A DNA stretch of 64,000 bases from the NCBI RefSeq assembly GCF_013122565.1, contig NZ_CP053258.1. One strand, 5' to 3'. The notes beneath the pieces are model-generated. The model was not told where the DNA came from. It saw only the letters and a list, made by a program, of their open reading frames with translations, and did no database searches. Positions within the stretch are counted from its first letter, which is position 1; the number at the start of each line of letters is the position of its first letter. A program made the position numbers and the translations under genes. This document shows, in pieces, positions 1 through 11,392 of this stretch. The stretch is from Escherichia coli (lineage in GTDB: Bacteria > Pseudomonadota > Gammaproteobacteria > Enterobacterales > Enterobacteriaceae).

Positions 1-290
1 TGCTTATCTTTAATCAGGGCTATGATTTCCTGCTCCAGCTCCTCATCTTCGAGCAGCATAATATGCCCTTCAAAGATGGCTTCTTTTTCTTCACCGAACG
101 TTTCACCAGCTTTCGTTTTGATCGTTTCCAGCTGGGCTGATGCCTTGGCACGACCGCTCAGAAAACGTTCAACTTCCTGATCAACCTGGTCGGCAGAAAT
201 TTTTTTCCGGTCAATGACAATTTCGTCTTCTTTCAGAAGCAGAGCTTTACCGAAAGCGATACCCGGGGATGCTAAAATGCCTGAAATCAT
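1..290 (-). CDS. ptsI: PTS enzyme I (phosphoenolpyruvate-protein phosphotransferase), N-terminal part; gene runs off the window start
   Basis: Reverse-complement translation from the ATG at 290-288 reads [30 protein letters not shown]..., the EI N-terminus; sits directly after ptsH on the same strand. Confidence 0.9.
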   Translation of the reverse strand, partial: MISGILASPGIAFGKALLLKEDEIVIDRKKISADQVDQEVERFLSGRAKASAQLETIKTKAGETFGEEKEAIFEGHIMLLEDEELEQEIIALIKDK

Positions 291-334
291 AACCCTACCT
301 TACTTGTGACTGATTTTTAAAAGAACCCGGGAAA

Positions 335-592
335 TTACTCGAGTTCCGCCATCAGTTTAACCAGATGTTCAACCGCTTTCTGCTCGTCTTCGCCTTCTGC
401 GGAGATAGTCACAACGGTACCTTGAGTCAGGCCCAGAGTCTGCAGTTTAAACAGGCTTTTCGCGCTGGCGCTTTTGCCGTTGGAAGTCACAGTAATTTCA
501 GAAGTGAAGCCCTTAGCTTCTTTTACAAACTGGGCAGCAGGGCGGGTGTGCAGACCGTTCGGAGCGGTAATGGTAACTTCTTGCTGGAACAT
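335..592 (-). CDS. ptsH: Phosphocarrier protein HPr
   Basis: 85-aa [32 protein letters not shown]... with active-site His15 context. Confidence 0.97.
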
Positions 593-925
593 TGTATTTC
601 CCCAACTTATAGGTTTAGTGTTGTGGAACTAAAGTCTAGCCTGGCGGTTCGACTTTAGCCTGGATAGTTAGCGCCAGTTTTTAACAGACGCGACGCACGA
701 AGAGCGCAATACAGTCCATTGCTGGCGGGTGTTGACCGCTGACGTTTCGTACGTCATTAAACATTATGCCGCTAAAGGAAGAATTGAACCAAATCATAAA
801 ATCGATTCAGCTTTGGCTTTTCCTGTAACGATTAATTTCGCGCATCAAAATAATTAGTCTGGTTAAATACCAGTTCCGACAGGCTGAATCAATGCCAGGA
901 GGGGCGAAAGTTTGAAGCAGGCCAC

Positions 926-955
926 AAAAAAGCACCTGAAAAGGTGCTTTTTTAC
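926..955 (-). terminator. Rho-independent terminator downstream of cysK
   Basis: Hairpin agcacct/aggtgct flanked by A and T runs just past the cysK stop. Confidence 0.6.
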
Positions 956-975
956 GCATTTTTAACAAGCTGGCA

Positions 976-1947
976 TTACTGTTGCAATTCTTTCTCAGTG
1001 AAGAGATCGGCAAACAATGCGGTGCTTAAATAACGCTCACCCGATGATGGTAGAATAACCACAACATTCTTGTTGGTAAAGCTTTCATCTTCTTGTAGTT
1101 TCAACGCCGCAGCAACAGCTGCTCCAGAAGAGATACCTGCAAGAATACCTTCTTCTTCCATTAGACGACGGGCGGTAGAAATGGCTTCTTCATTGGTGAT
1201 GCCAATGACTTTATCGACCAGCTTGAGATCGAGGTTAGCCGGGATAAAACCAGCGCCAATACCCTGAATTTTATGCGGGCCAGGTTTAATCTCTTCACCT
1301 GCCAGCGCCTGGGCGATAACTGGAGAATCGGTTGGCTCAACGGCGACAGAGATAAGATCGGTCTTGCCTTTAGTGCCTTTAATGTAGCGGCTAACGCCAG
1401 TCAGCGTACCGCCAGTCCCAACGCCAGCAATAAATACATCAACCTGACCGTCGGTATCTTCCCAGATCTCCGGACCGGTGGTTTTTTCGTGAATTTCAGG
1501 GTTTGCCGGATTGCTGAATTGTTGCAGCAGCAGGTATTTATCTGGATTGCTGGCGACAATTTCTTCTGCTTTTTGGATTGCGCCTTTCATGCCTTTAGCA
1601 CCTTCGGTCAGCACCAGGTTTGCACCTAACGCTTTCAGCAGCTTGCGGCGTTCAATACTCATGGTTTCTGGCATGGTCAGGGTAAGTTTGTAACCGCGAG
1701 CGGCAGCGACATAGGCCAGTGCAATCCCGGTATTACCGCTGGTTGGTTCAACCAGTTCAACGCCTGGTTTAAGCACGCCGCGCTTTTCGGCATCCCAAAT
1801 CATGTTGGCACCGATACGGCACTTAACGCTGAAGCTGGGGTTACGAGATTCCACCTTCGCCAGAATGCGTCCGTTACCGATGCGATTCAGGCGAACCAGC
1901 GGCGTGTGACCGATAGTCAGCGAGTTATCTTCAAAAATCTTACTCAT
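976..1947 (-). CDS. cysK: Cysteine synthase A (O-acetylserine sulfhydrylase A)
   Basis: 323-aa [47 protein letters not shown]..., PLP-dependent fold. Confidence 0.97.
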   Translation of the reverse strand: MSKIFEDNSLTIGHTPLVRLNRIGNGRILAKVESRNPSFSVKCRIGANMIWDAEKRGVLKPGVELVEPTSGNTGIALAYVAAARGYKLTLTMPETMSIERRKLLKALGANLVLTEGAKGMKGAIQKAEEIVASNPDKYLLLQQFSNPANPEIHEKTTGPEIWEDTDGQVDVFIAGVGTGGTLTGVSRYIKGTKGKTDLISVAVEPTDSPVIAQALAGEEIKPGPHKIQGIGAGFIPANLDLKLVDKVIGITNEEAISTARRLMEEEGILAGISSGAAVAAALKLQEDESFTNKNVVVILPSSGERYLSTALFADLFTEKELQQ

Positions 1948-2131
1948 GGCCTGTCCTTAACTGTATGAAATTGGGATACAACAGGTAGCATACCCGCTCA
2001 GAGAATATGCGGAAGTAAGGATTTAGCATATCTATATGCAGAAGGGAAATAATGACATGCAAGATGGAATAAGGGGCGGCATAAGCAACCCCTGTTTCAC
2101 ACAAGCGGTTTACAAAATAACCGGTAGATTG

Positions 2132-2893
2132 TTACCGCCACATCGCGTGTTTATCGCGATAGCAATCGACCCACATCGCCGTCGCGCCACAAACGGCAAC
2201 GGGCATGATGAACAGATTAAGCAGAGGGATCATCGTAAACAGGCTGGTTAAAGCACCAAACTGCATATTGGTGATTTTGCGTGTGCGCAGGGCGGTGCGC
2301 ATCTCTTTAAACGGCACTTTGTGGTTATCGAAGGGGTAATCGCAATACTGGATGGCTAACATCCAGGCGCTAAACAGGAACCACAGTACCGGCGCGACGG
2401 TTTGCCCAATACCAGGGATGAAGTAAAGAATTAGCAATACAATTGCGCGCGGCAGATACCAGGCAAATTTTTGCCATTCGCGTTTCATGATTCGCGGCAC
2501 ATCTTTCATGATACCGAAAATCCCGGTATCTGGCGGTGTAGCGCCAGTCAGTCTTGCTTCCAGTTGTTCAGCCAATAAACCGTTAAACGGAGCGGCAATC
2601 CAGTTAGCAATCGTTGAGAAGAAATAGCCAAACACTAACAGCACAGAGATGACAGCCAGAGGCCACAACAGATAGCTCAGCCATTGTAACCAGTCCGGAA
2701 CATAACTCATGAGAGTCGGGATCCAGACATCGAGTTGCGTAAAGAGCCACCAGAATGCGCCCCCCATCAACAAAATATTGACCAGCAGCGGTAAAATAAC
2801 GAAACGCCGAATCCCTGGTTGCGAGACGAGCTTCCAGCCTTGCGCAAAATAGTAAAAACCGCTGCGTGGGGCAGATGTGAATGATGAAACCAT
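2132..2893 (-). CDS. cysZ: Sulfate transporter CysZ
   Basis: 253-aa membrane ORF immediately upstream of cysK on the same strand. Confidence 0.93.
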
Positions 2894-3122
2894 AATCAGG
2901 ATGAGCTCCTTTTGACCAATCCCAGGAAAATTCTGCGTATTTTACCGGGTAATTGCGCAATGGACAGTTAGGATATGTTCGAAAAAACAGCAAAAAGCAC
3001 GATTTCATCTATCTTTGTGCTGTGAAAGTTAATAGTGCACTTGCACTTGAGGTAATCGGCAAATACTCTTAGTGAGTAAATGTTTGCCGTGGTGGCAAGG
3101 TGTTAGAACAACAGAGAATATA

Positions 3123-4121
3123 ATGATGCAGGATTTGCGTCTGATATTAATCATTGTTGGCGCGATCGCCATAATCGCTTTACTGGTACATGGTTTCTGG
3201 ACCAGCCGTAAAGAACGATCTTCTATGTTCCGCGATCGGCCATTAAAACGAATGAAGTCAAAACGTGACGACGATTCTTATGACGAGGATGTCGAAGATG
3301 ATGAGGGCGTTGGTGAGGTTCGAGTTCACCGCGTGAATCATGCCCCGGCTAACGCCCAGGAGCATGAGGCTGCTCGTCCGTCGCCGCAACACCAGTACCA
3401 ACCGCCTTATGCGTCTGCCCAGCCCCGTCAACCGGTCCAGCAGCCGCCTGAAGCGCAGGTACCGCCGCAACATGCTCCGCGTCCAGCGCAGCCGGTGCAG
3501 CAACCCGTGCAGCAGCCTGCCTATCAGCCGCAGCCTGAACAGCCGTTGCAGCAGCCAGTTTCGCCACAGGTCGCATCAGCGCCGCAGCCAGTGCATTCAG
3601 CACCGCAATCGGCACAACAGGCTTTCCAGCCTGCAGAACCCGTAGCGGCACCACAGCCTGAGCCTGTAGTGGAACCGGCTCCAGTTATGGATAAACCGAA
3701 GCGCAAAGAAGCGGTGATTATCATGAACGTCGCGGCGCATCACGGTAGCGAGCTAAACGGTGAACTGCTTCTTAACAGCATTCAACAAGCGGGCTTCATT
3801 TTTGGCGATATGAATATTTACCATCGTCATCTTAGCCCGGATGGCAGCGGCCCGGCGTTATTTAGCCTGGCGAATATGGTGAAACCGGGAACCTTTGATC
3901 CTGAAATGAAGGATTTCACTACTCCGGGTGTCACTATCTTTATGCAGGTACCGTCTTACGGTGACGAGCTGCAGAACTTCAAGCTGATGCTGCAATCTGC
4001 GCAGCATATTGCCGATGAAGTGGGCGGTGTAGTGCTTGACGATCAGCGCCGTATGATGACTCCGCAGAAATTGCGCGAGTACCAGGACATCATCCGCGAA
4101 GTCAAAGACGCCAACGCCTGA
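3123..4121 (+). CDS. zipA: Cell division protein ZipA (FtsZ membrane anchor)
   Basis: ORF 3072-4121; start placed at internal [21 protein letters not shown] (N-terminal TM), P/Q-rich linker, C-terminal FtsZ-binding domain. Confidence 0.93.
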   Translation: MMQDLRLILIIVGAIAIIALLVHGFWTSRKERSSMFRDRPLKRMKSKRDDDSYDEDVEDDEGVGEVRVHRVNHAPANAQEHEAARPSPQHQYQPPYASAQPRQPVQQPPEAQVPPQHAPRPAQPVQQPVQQPAYQPQPEQPLQQPVSPQVASAPQPVHSAPQSAQQAFQPAEPVAAPQPEPVVEPAPVMDKPKRKEAVIIMNVAAHHGSELNGELLLNSIQQAGFIFGDMNIYHRHLSPDGSGPALFSLANMVKPGTFDPEMKDFTTPGVTIFMQVPSYGDELQNFKLMLQSAQHIADEVGGVVLDDQRRMMTPQKLREYQDIIREVKDANA

Positions 4122-4150
4122 TACACTTAAGGCAAATTAACTCCTCTTCG

Positions 4151-4176
4151 AACCCCCGCTTGTCGGGGGTTTTTAG
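4151..4176 (+). terminator. Rho-independent terminator after zipA
   Basis: cccccg-cttgt-cggggg hairpin followed by tttt. Confidence 0.6.
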
Positions 4177-4182
4177 CATTGA

Positions 4183-6207
<2,025 letters not shown>

Positions 6208-6208
6208 G

Positions 6209-6427
6209 ATGGAAAAAGAGCAGCTGATTGAAATAGCCAATACGATAATGCCGTTTGGCAAATACAAAGGGCGTCGCTTAATCGACCTGCCGGAGGAGTA
6301 TCTGCTGTGGTTTGCCCGCAAAGATGAGTTCCCGGCAGGGAAGCTCGGTGAGCTAATGCAAATCACGCTGCTGATTAAAACCGAGGGGCTGACGCAACTG
6401 GTCCAGCCCCTGAAGCGTCCGCTTTAA
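6209..6427 (+). CDS. ypeB: DUF3820-family small protein YpeB
   Basis: ORF 6110-6427 overlaps the ligA 3' end; start placed at MEKEQLIEIANTIMPFGKYKGRRL one base after the ligA stop. Confidence 0.8.
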   Translation: MEKEQLIEIANTIMPFGKYKGRRLIDLPEEYLLWFARKDEFPAGKLGELMQITLLIKTEGLTQLVQPLKRPL

Positions 6428-7422
6428 GCTTTATCGGCGCTGCTTTCCTGCTGCGCCTGTAACTGTTCGGTCTGGCGTTTGTATCGACGCGCCAGCACCG
6501 CACAGACCATCAATTGGATCTGATGGAAAATCATCAGGGGCAGCACCATCATACCGATCACCGATGTGGGGAACAGAATGTTTGCCATCGGGATGCCATT
6601 TGCCAGACTCTTTTTCGAACCACAAAAGACGATAGTAATTTCATCTGCTTTATTGAAGCCCAGTCGGCGTGCCATAAAGACGTTAACTACAATCACGATA
6701 GCCAGAAGAACGCAGCTGGCCACCACGATAAACAGCAATGATCCCCAGCCAACTTTATGCCAGATACCATTAACGACGGCTTCGCTGAACGCTGTATAAA
6801 CCACCAACAGAATGGACGTCTGGTCAGTTTTCGCAATCCATTTTTTATTGCGCGACACCCAGTCACCAATCCACGGCCGGGAAAGATGCCCTAACACAAA
6901 CGGCAGCAACAGTTGCAGCATAATTTTACCGACCTGCTCAAGGCTGCCCCCTGCACCGTGAACATTCATCACCAGGCCAACCAACAATGGTGAAAGGAAA
7001 ATCCCCAGCAGGCTGGATGCCGACGCAGAACAAACCGCCGCCGCGACGTTACCGCCCGCCATTGACGTGAAGGCGATTGCAGACTGCACGGTCGCGGGGA
7101 GAATGCACAAGTAGAGAAAACCGGAGTAGAGCATCGGGTCGACATTTACCGGTTTCCACCAGGCAAACAGCACGCCCAGAATCGGAAACAGCACGAAGGT
7201 GCTGCACATTACCCACAAATGCAGTCGCCAGTGACCACCGCCAGCAATAATCGCCTCACGCGACAACTTCGCGCCGTGCATAAAGAACAGCAGGGCAATC
7301 GCTGCGGTGGTCAGATTTTCAAAGAAGGGGACGAAATCGCCTCTGGCCGGAAAGAAAGAGGCCAACAACACCACCGTGATCAGGGTTAAGGTGAAAGGAT
7401 CGAGGATACGAAAAAGTTTCAT
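6424..7422 (-). CDS. yfeH: Putative bile acid:Na+ symporter-family (BASS) transporter YfeH
   Basis: 332-aa polytopic membrane ORF MKLFRILDPFTLTLITVVLLASFFPARGDF... Confidence 0.88.
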   Translation of the reverse strand: MKLFRILDPFTLTLITVVLLASFFPARGDFVPFFENLTTAAIALLFFMHGAKLSREAIIAGGGHWRLHLWVMCSTFVLFPILGVLFAWWKPVNVDPMLYSGFLYLCILPATVQSAIAFTSMAGGNVAAAVCSASASSLLGIFLSPLLVGLVMNVHGAGGSLEQVGKIMLQLLLPFVLGHLSRPWIGDWVSRNKKWIAKTDQTSILLVVYTAFSEAVVNGIWHKVGWGSLLFIVVASCVLLAIVIVVNVFMARRLGFNKADEITIVFCGSKKSLANGIPMANILFPTSVIGMMVLPLMIFHQIQLMVCAVLARRYKRQTEQLQAQQESSADKA

Positions 7423-7465
7423 AAAGACTCCAGATGATCGATGCTTTCATTGTGCGTTGTTCTGA

Positions 7466-7494
7466 TTGATAAATAAAACTGAATTGCTTATCAA
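7466..7494. promoter_or_regulatory. Inverted repeat TTGATAA-N15-TTATCAA upstream of yfeH; candidate operator
   Basis: Palindromic arms read directly in sequence about 45-70 bp upstream of the yfeH start; function inferred. Confidence 0.25.
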
Positions 7495-8050
7495 TTTGTG
7501 CGCGAGGAGTGTGAGTGAGTTGCTCGCTCGCTTCGACTGGTTGGCAGAGCGGGGGAGGATATCCCGGATGAGACAAATAAGACGTTCGACAAGAGAATCA
7601 GGTGACTACAGAAAAAATCACAGGATGTTATTACTGCTGATGTTCATGTCGGTTTTCGCGTTATCAGAACTGGTTTTAGAACTGCTATTTAATCGATAAT
7701 GCCATTCTGCAGGAAAGCTTTACCTACTTTATTATTTGCGGTGTGGTAAAACCTGGTCACCAGAGGCAGGTTTAATACCAGACGCTGTCTTTTATCAGAT
7801 ATCCCATGTAAATAATAAATGCAATGAATATTAATTCATTATGTATTTATTTTGTGATTGTTTGGTGTTACTAGTTTGTTGGACAAATAACAACTCTAAC
7901 TAATACATAAACCTTGCATAGTGACAGAGTATCGATCTGAATGTTTTCAACATTGATATCAAATTGCAATTGATATCCGTGGTAAAAAGTATTGGTAAAT
8001 TTGATGAATTTCCGGATATTTAAAGGGGCGGCTCAAAGACGAAGGGGAAG

Positions 8051-9307
8051 ATGGTGAATCTAAAACTACAGTTAAAAGTTCTTTCATTTCTGCAATTCTT
8101 TTTGTGGGGAAGTTGGCTCAACACATTCGGTTCTTATATGTTTATCACGCTGCGTTTTAAGGGCGAAGATATAGGCGCAGTCTACAGTACACTGGGTATC
8201 GCAGCATTAATAACATCAACGTTATTTGGTATCGTGGCCGATAAATGGATTAGTGCTAAATGGATATATGCCGCTTGTCATTTATTTGGCGCGATAACAT
8301 TATTTATCGCAGCATCGGTTACCACGCCTTCGGCAATGTTCATTGTCATTTTACTTAACTCTCTTGTGTATATGCCAACACTCGGTTTGAGTAATACAAT
8401 TTCCTATTACCGCCTACAAACAGCGGGGATGGATATTGTGACAGAATTTCCGCCAATCCGTATCTGGGGCACGATTGGATTTATTGTCGCAATGTGGGCG
8501 GTTAGCCTGGCTGGTTTTGAATTAAGTCATATGCAATTATATATCGGTGCGGCGGCTTCATTAGGCTTGAGCCTGTTCACGTTGACTTTACCAACTGTAC
8601 CAGTGGCGAAATCTAACCAGGCGCAAGGAATGATAGATGTTCTCGGATTGCGTGCATTTACACTGTTTAAAAACAGCAAAATGGCGATTTTCTTTATCTT
8701 TGCCATGCTGCTCGGGGCAGAGTTACAAATTACCGGGATGTTTGGTAATACATTTCTCCACAGCTTTGAGAGCGTTCCAGAGTTTACCAATAGTTTTGTT
8801 GTTACCCATGCTTCTATTCTGTTATCAATTTCTCAGATATCCGAAGTCTGTTTCATTCTTGCCATTCCTTTTTTCCTGAAAAAATACGGTATCAAAAATG
8901 TCATGCTGATGAGCATGGTGGCCTGGATGCTGCGTTTTGGTTTATTCGCTTATGGCGATCCTTCATTCGGTGGTACCATTCTGTTAATTCTTTCGATGAT
9001 TGTTTATGGCTGTGCTTTTGACTTCTTCAATATATCTGGCTCGGTATTTGTTGAACAAGAAGTTGATCCATCGATTCGTAACAGCGCTCAGGGCGTTTTC
9101 CTGATGATGGCCAATGGTTTTGGTTGTATTCTGGGCGGTTTTATCAGTGGTAAAGTCGTCGATTATTTAACAACGGATGGCAATCCACAGTGGTCAACCA
9201 TTTGGCTGGTATTTGCCGGATATTCACTGGTTCTGGCTCTCGCATTTATGGTGTTGTTTAAATATAAACACAACGGTAACCCGACAACGTCCGGTCATTT
9301 CGCCTGA
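8051..9307 (+). CDS. Nucleoside:H+ symporter (NHS family), NupG/XapB paralogue
   Basis: 418-aa 12-TM ORF MVNLKLQLKVLSFLQFFLWGSWL...; by recollection closer to NupG than to the XapB encoded 2 kb downstream; AT-rich; GTG at 8054 is an alternative start. Confidence 0.85.
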   Translation: MVNLKLQLKVLSFLQFFLWGSWLNTFGSYMFITLRFKGEDIGAVYSTLGIAALITSTLFGIVADKWISAKWIYAACHLFGAITLFIAASVTTPSAMFIVILLNSLVYMPTLGLSNTISYYRLQTAGMDIVTEFPPIRIWGTIGFIVAMWAVSLAGFELSHMQLYIGAAASLGLSLFTLTLPTVPVAKSNQAQGMIDVLGLRAFTLFKNSKMAIFFIFAMLLGAELQITGMFGNTFLHSFESVPEFTNSFVVTHASILLSISQISEVCFILAIPFFLKKYGIKNVMLMSMVAWMLRFGLFAYGDPSFGGTILLILSMIVYGCAFDFFNISGSVFVEQEVDPSIRNSAQGVFLMMANGFGCILGGFISGKVVDYLTTDGNPQWSTIWLVFAGYSLVLALAFMVLFKYKHNGNPTTSGHFA

Positions 9308-9361
9308 TACGGAGTTTATCAAAATTAATAATGTTTTATAGGATTCGCAAAAGAGGAAGTT

Positions 9362-10273
9362 ATGGCAAATCAATTGTATAACCAGTGTCGGGTTTATTGT
9401 GCACCCTGGCGATTAGATGCTTTAAATTTAAATGATATCATTGATCAATGGATTGACGAGGGGCTGTTGCCGCCCCTGATCCATACTTTTCTTCCATATC
9501 GCGATGATGCCGGTGCCTCCAGTGAAGAAGAGATTTTTGTTAACGATGTCGCGAATATGGATAACAGTGTTGGGGTTATCGGTTATTTCGATGGTGGAAC
9601 CTATGATTCCGGTTATGCATGGGCTTTAGGGATGCCTGTTCACCTGGTAACGACAGACTTTCTTATATGGGCAGCGGGGAATTCTTCAGAGTTTTATCCT
9701 ATAAGTAAGCTGATGAATTATGTGGCAAAAGTGGTTTCTGTGTCAGATTCCGATACCAGTATCAGCAATTATCGTGAACAAACCGACGATATCATCAAGC
9801 GTGCGTTGCAAATTTTTCAACAAAATTTAATCGCCGACTTCGGCACGACGATTAATCCAGCAGTACCGGTTACTCCATTGCCGATTGAGTATGACTACTA
9901 TATTGATCCTAACTTTATGTATACCGAACCCTCTCGGGACTTACTGGTGAAGATCAAAGATGCGATCATTAGTGCAGGTAAGACTTTCATCGTTGGCGAC
10001 AACATGAATGATATTGCGACTGATATTGATAACTTAAGAAAATCCAGACAGGCCATCTTTTATTCCGATACCTTTGAGCCGAATGTTGACACCGGCATTA
10101 TGAATGGTATTGCCTATGCATTAGGACAGCAATCGATTATTTATTGTAGCAAGCAACAAAAATATCAATCTGCGCTCGCGACAGATTATTTAAATTTAAT
10201 GATTACCTGGTCGTCAACGGTGGCGCATTCATTTGCGGAACTTGAAACATTGATTGGTAACACAGAAAAATAA
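9362..10273 (+). CDS. Hypothetical protein with two repeats of a nucleoside 2-deoxyribosyltransferase-like (SLOG-like) motif
   Basis: 303-aa ORF; motif VIGYFDGGTYDSGYAWALGMPVHLV in the first half and AIFYSDTFEPNVDTGIMNGIAYALGQQSIIY in the second; N-terminal VYCAPW resembles the NDT IYFGAGWF motif; family assignment by eye only. Confidence 0.4.
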   Translation: MANQLYNQCRVYCAPWRLDALNLNDIIDQWIDEGLLPPLIHTFLPYRDDAGASSEEEIFVNDVANMDNSVGVIGYFDGGTYDSGYAWALGMPVHLVTTDFLIWAAGNSSEFYPISKLMNYVAKVVSVSDSDTSISNYREQTDDIIKRALQIFQQNLIADFGTTINPAVPVTPLPIEYDYYIDPNFMYTEPSRDLLVKIKDAIISAGKTFIVGDNMNDIATDIDNLRKSRQAIFYSDTFEPNVDTGIMNGIAYALGQQSIIYCSKQQKYQSALATDYLNLMITWSSTVAHSFAELETLIGNTEK

Positions 10274-10285
10274 TAGTTAATTTTA

Positions 10286-10328
10286 CTGATTATCAGGTGA
10301 GTGATTGCCTGATAATCAGCTTTTTGTT
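10286..10328 (+). terminator. Rho-independent terminator after the 303-aa ORF
   Basis: Perfect 12-bp inverted repeat ctgattatcagg / cctgataatcag with 10-nt loop, followed by cttttt. Confidence 0.65.
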
Positions 10329-10501
10329 AGCCACCAAAGAAAAATATACTGCCGTTATATTTCTCTGCCGGGGAACGATATGATCGATTTCAAAATTATA
10401 TTGAATATCTCTGGAAAATGTATTGGTCACTCGCGACTTTTTCTCGCTATAAAAAAATGTGACTCAGATCTAACGCATAATGCTTATTACAAGGACTTGC
10501 C

Positions 10502-11335
10502 ATGACCCAATCTCATTTTTCACAAAACCCGTGGTATTGCGCAGATATCATTCGTCGTCATAAACCAGACTTTACCCCACGCGTTGCGTTTATTTTGGGT
10601 TCGGGACTGGGAGCGCTGGCTGAACAAATAGAAGACGCAGTTGCCATTTCTTATAGCGATTTGCCGGGGTTTCCGGTGAGCACCGTACACGGCCATGCAG
10701 GAGAGTTGGTCCTCGGCGTGCTTTCTGGTGTGCCTGTAGCCTGCATGAAAGGTCGCGGTCATTTTTATGAGGGCCGGGGAATGACTGTCATGACTGATGC
10801 TATTCGCACGTTCAAGTTGCTGGGCTGTGAATTGTTGTTCTGCACTAACGCTGCAGGTTCGCTTCGCCCGGAAGTAGGGGCGGGTAGTCTGGTTGCGCTG
10901 AAAGATCACATTAATACGATGCCAGGCACACCGATGACAGGCCTTAATGATGAGCGTTTTGGTGAACGTTTTTTCTCATTAGCGAATGCTTACGATGCTG
11001 ATTACCGCGCCGTTTTACAAACCGTCGCGCATGAAGAAGGTTTTCCGCTGACAGAAGGGGTTTTTGTTTCTTATCCGGGGCCGAACTTCGAAACGGCGGC
11101 AGAAATTCGCATGATGCAGCTGTTTGGTGGCGACGTAGTAGGTATGTCTGTAGTGCCTGAAGTGATTAGCGCACGTCATTGCGAAATGAAAGTCGTTGCC
11201 GTGTCAGCAATAACCAACATGGCGGAAGGCTTAAGCGATGTGAAATTGTCGCATGCCCAAACCCTGGCTGCAGCAGAGTTATCACGACAAAACTTTATTA
11301 ATTTGATTTGCGGATTCTTACGCAAAATCGCCTGA
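10502..11335 (+). CDS. xapA: Xanthosine phosphorylase (purine nucleoside phosphorylase II)
   Basis: 277-aa ORF MTQSHFSQNPWYCADIIRRHKPDFTPRVAFILGSGLG..., PNP/MTAP fold. Confidence 0.93.
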   Translation: MTQSHFSQNPWYCADIIRRHKPDFTPRVAFILGSGLGALAEQIEDAVAISYSDLPGFPVSTVHGHAGELVLGVLSGVPVACMKGRGHFYEGRGMTVMTDAIRTFKLLGCELLFCTNAAGSLRPEVGAGSLVALKDHINTMPGTPMTGLNDERFGERFFSLANAYDADYRAVLQTVAHEEGFPLTEGVFVSYPGPNFETAAEIRMMQLFGGDVVGMSVVPEVISARHCEMKVVAVSAITNMAEGLSDVKLSHAQTLAAAELSRQNFINLICGFLRKIA

Positions 11336-11392
11336 AAACAATAAAAATGGCCTCGCGGATGGGGCCATCTCTCTGCGATAAGGAAACGAAAA

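Noticed and set aside
3258-3724. Four overlapping ORFs (81-101 aa) on both strands inside zipA
   Set aside because: They arise from the GC-rich, repetitive P/Q-rich linker of ZipA (QPVQQP-type repeats), which lacks stop codons in several frames; they are not independent genes.
7466-7699. 77-aa ORF upstream of yfeH
   Set aside because: It has no LysR HTH or other recognisable features and overlaps the yfeH promoter palindrome; probably non-coding. A degraded yfeR remnant cannot be fully excluded.
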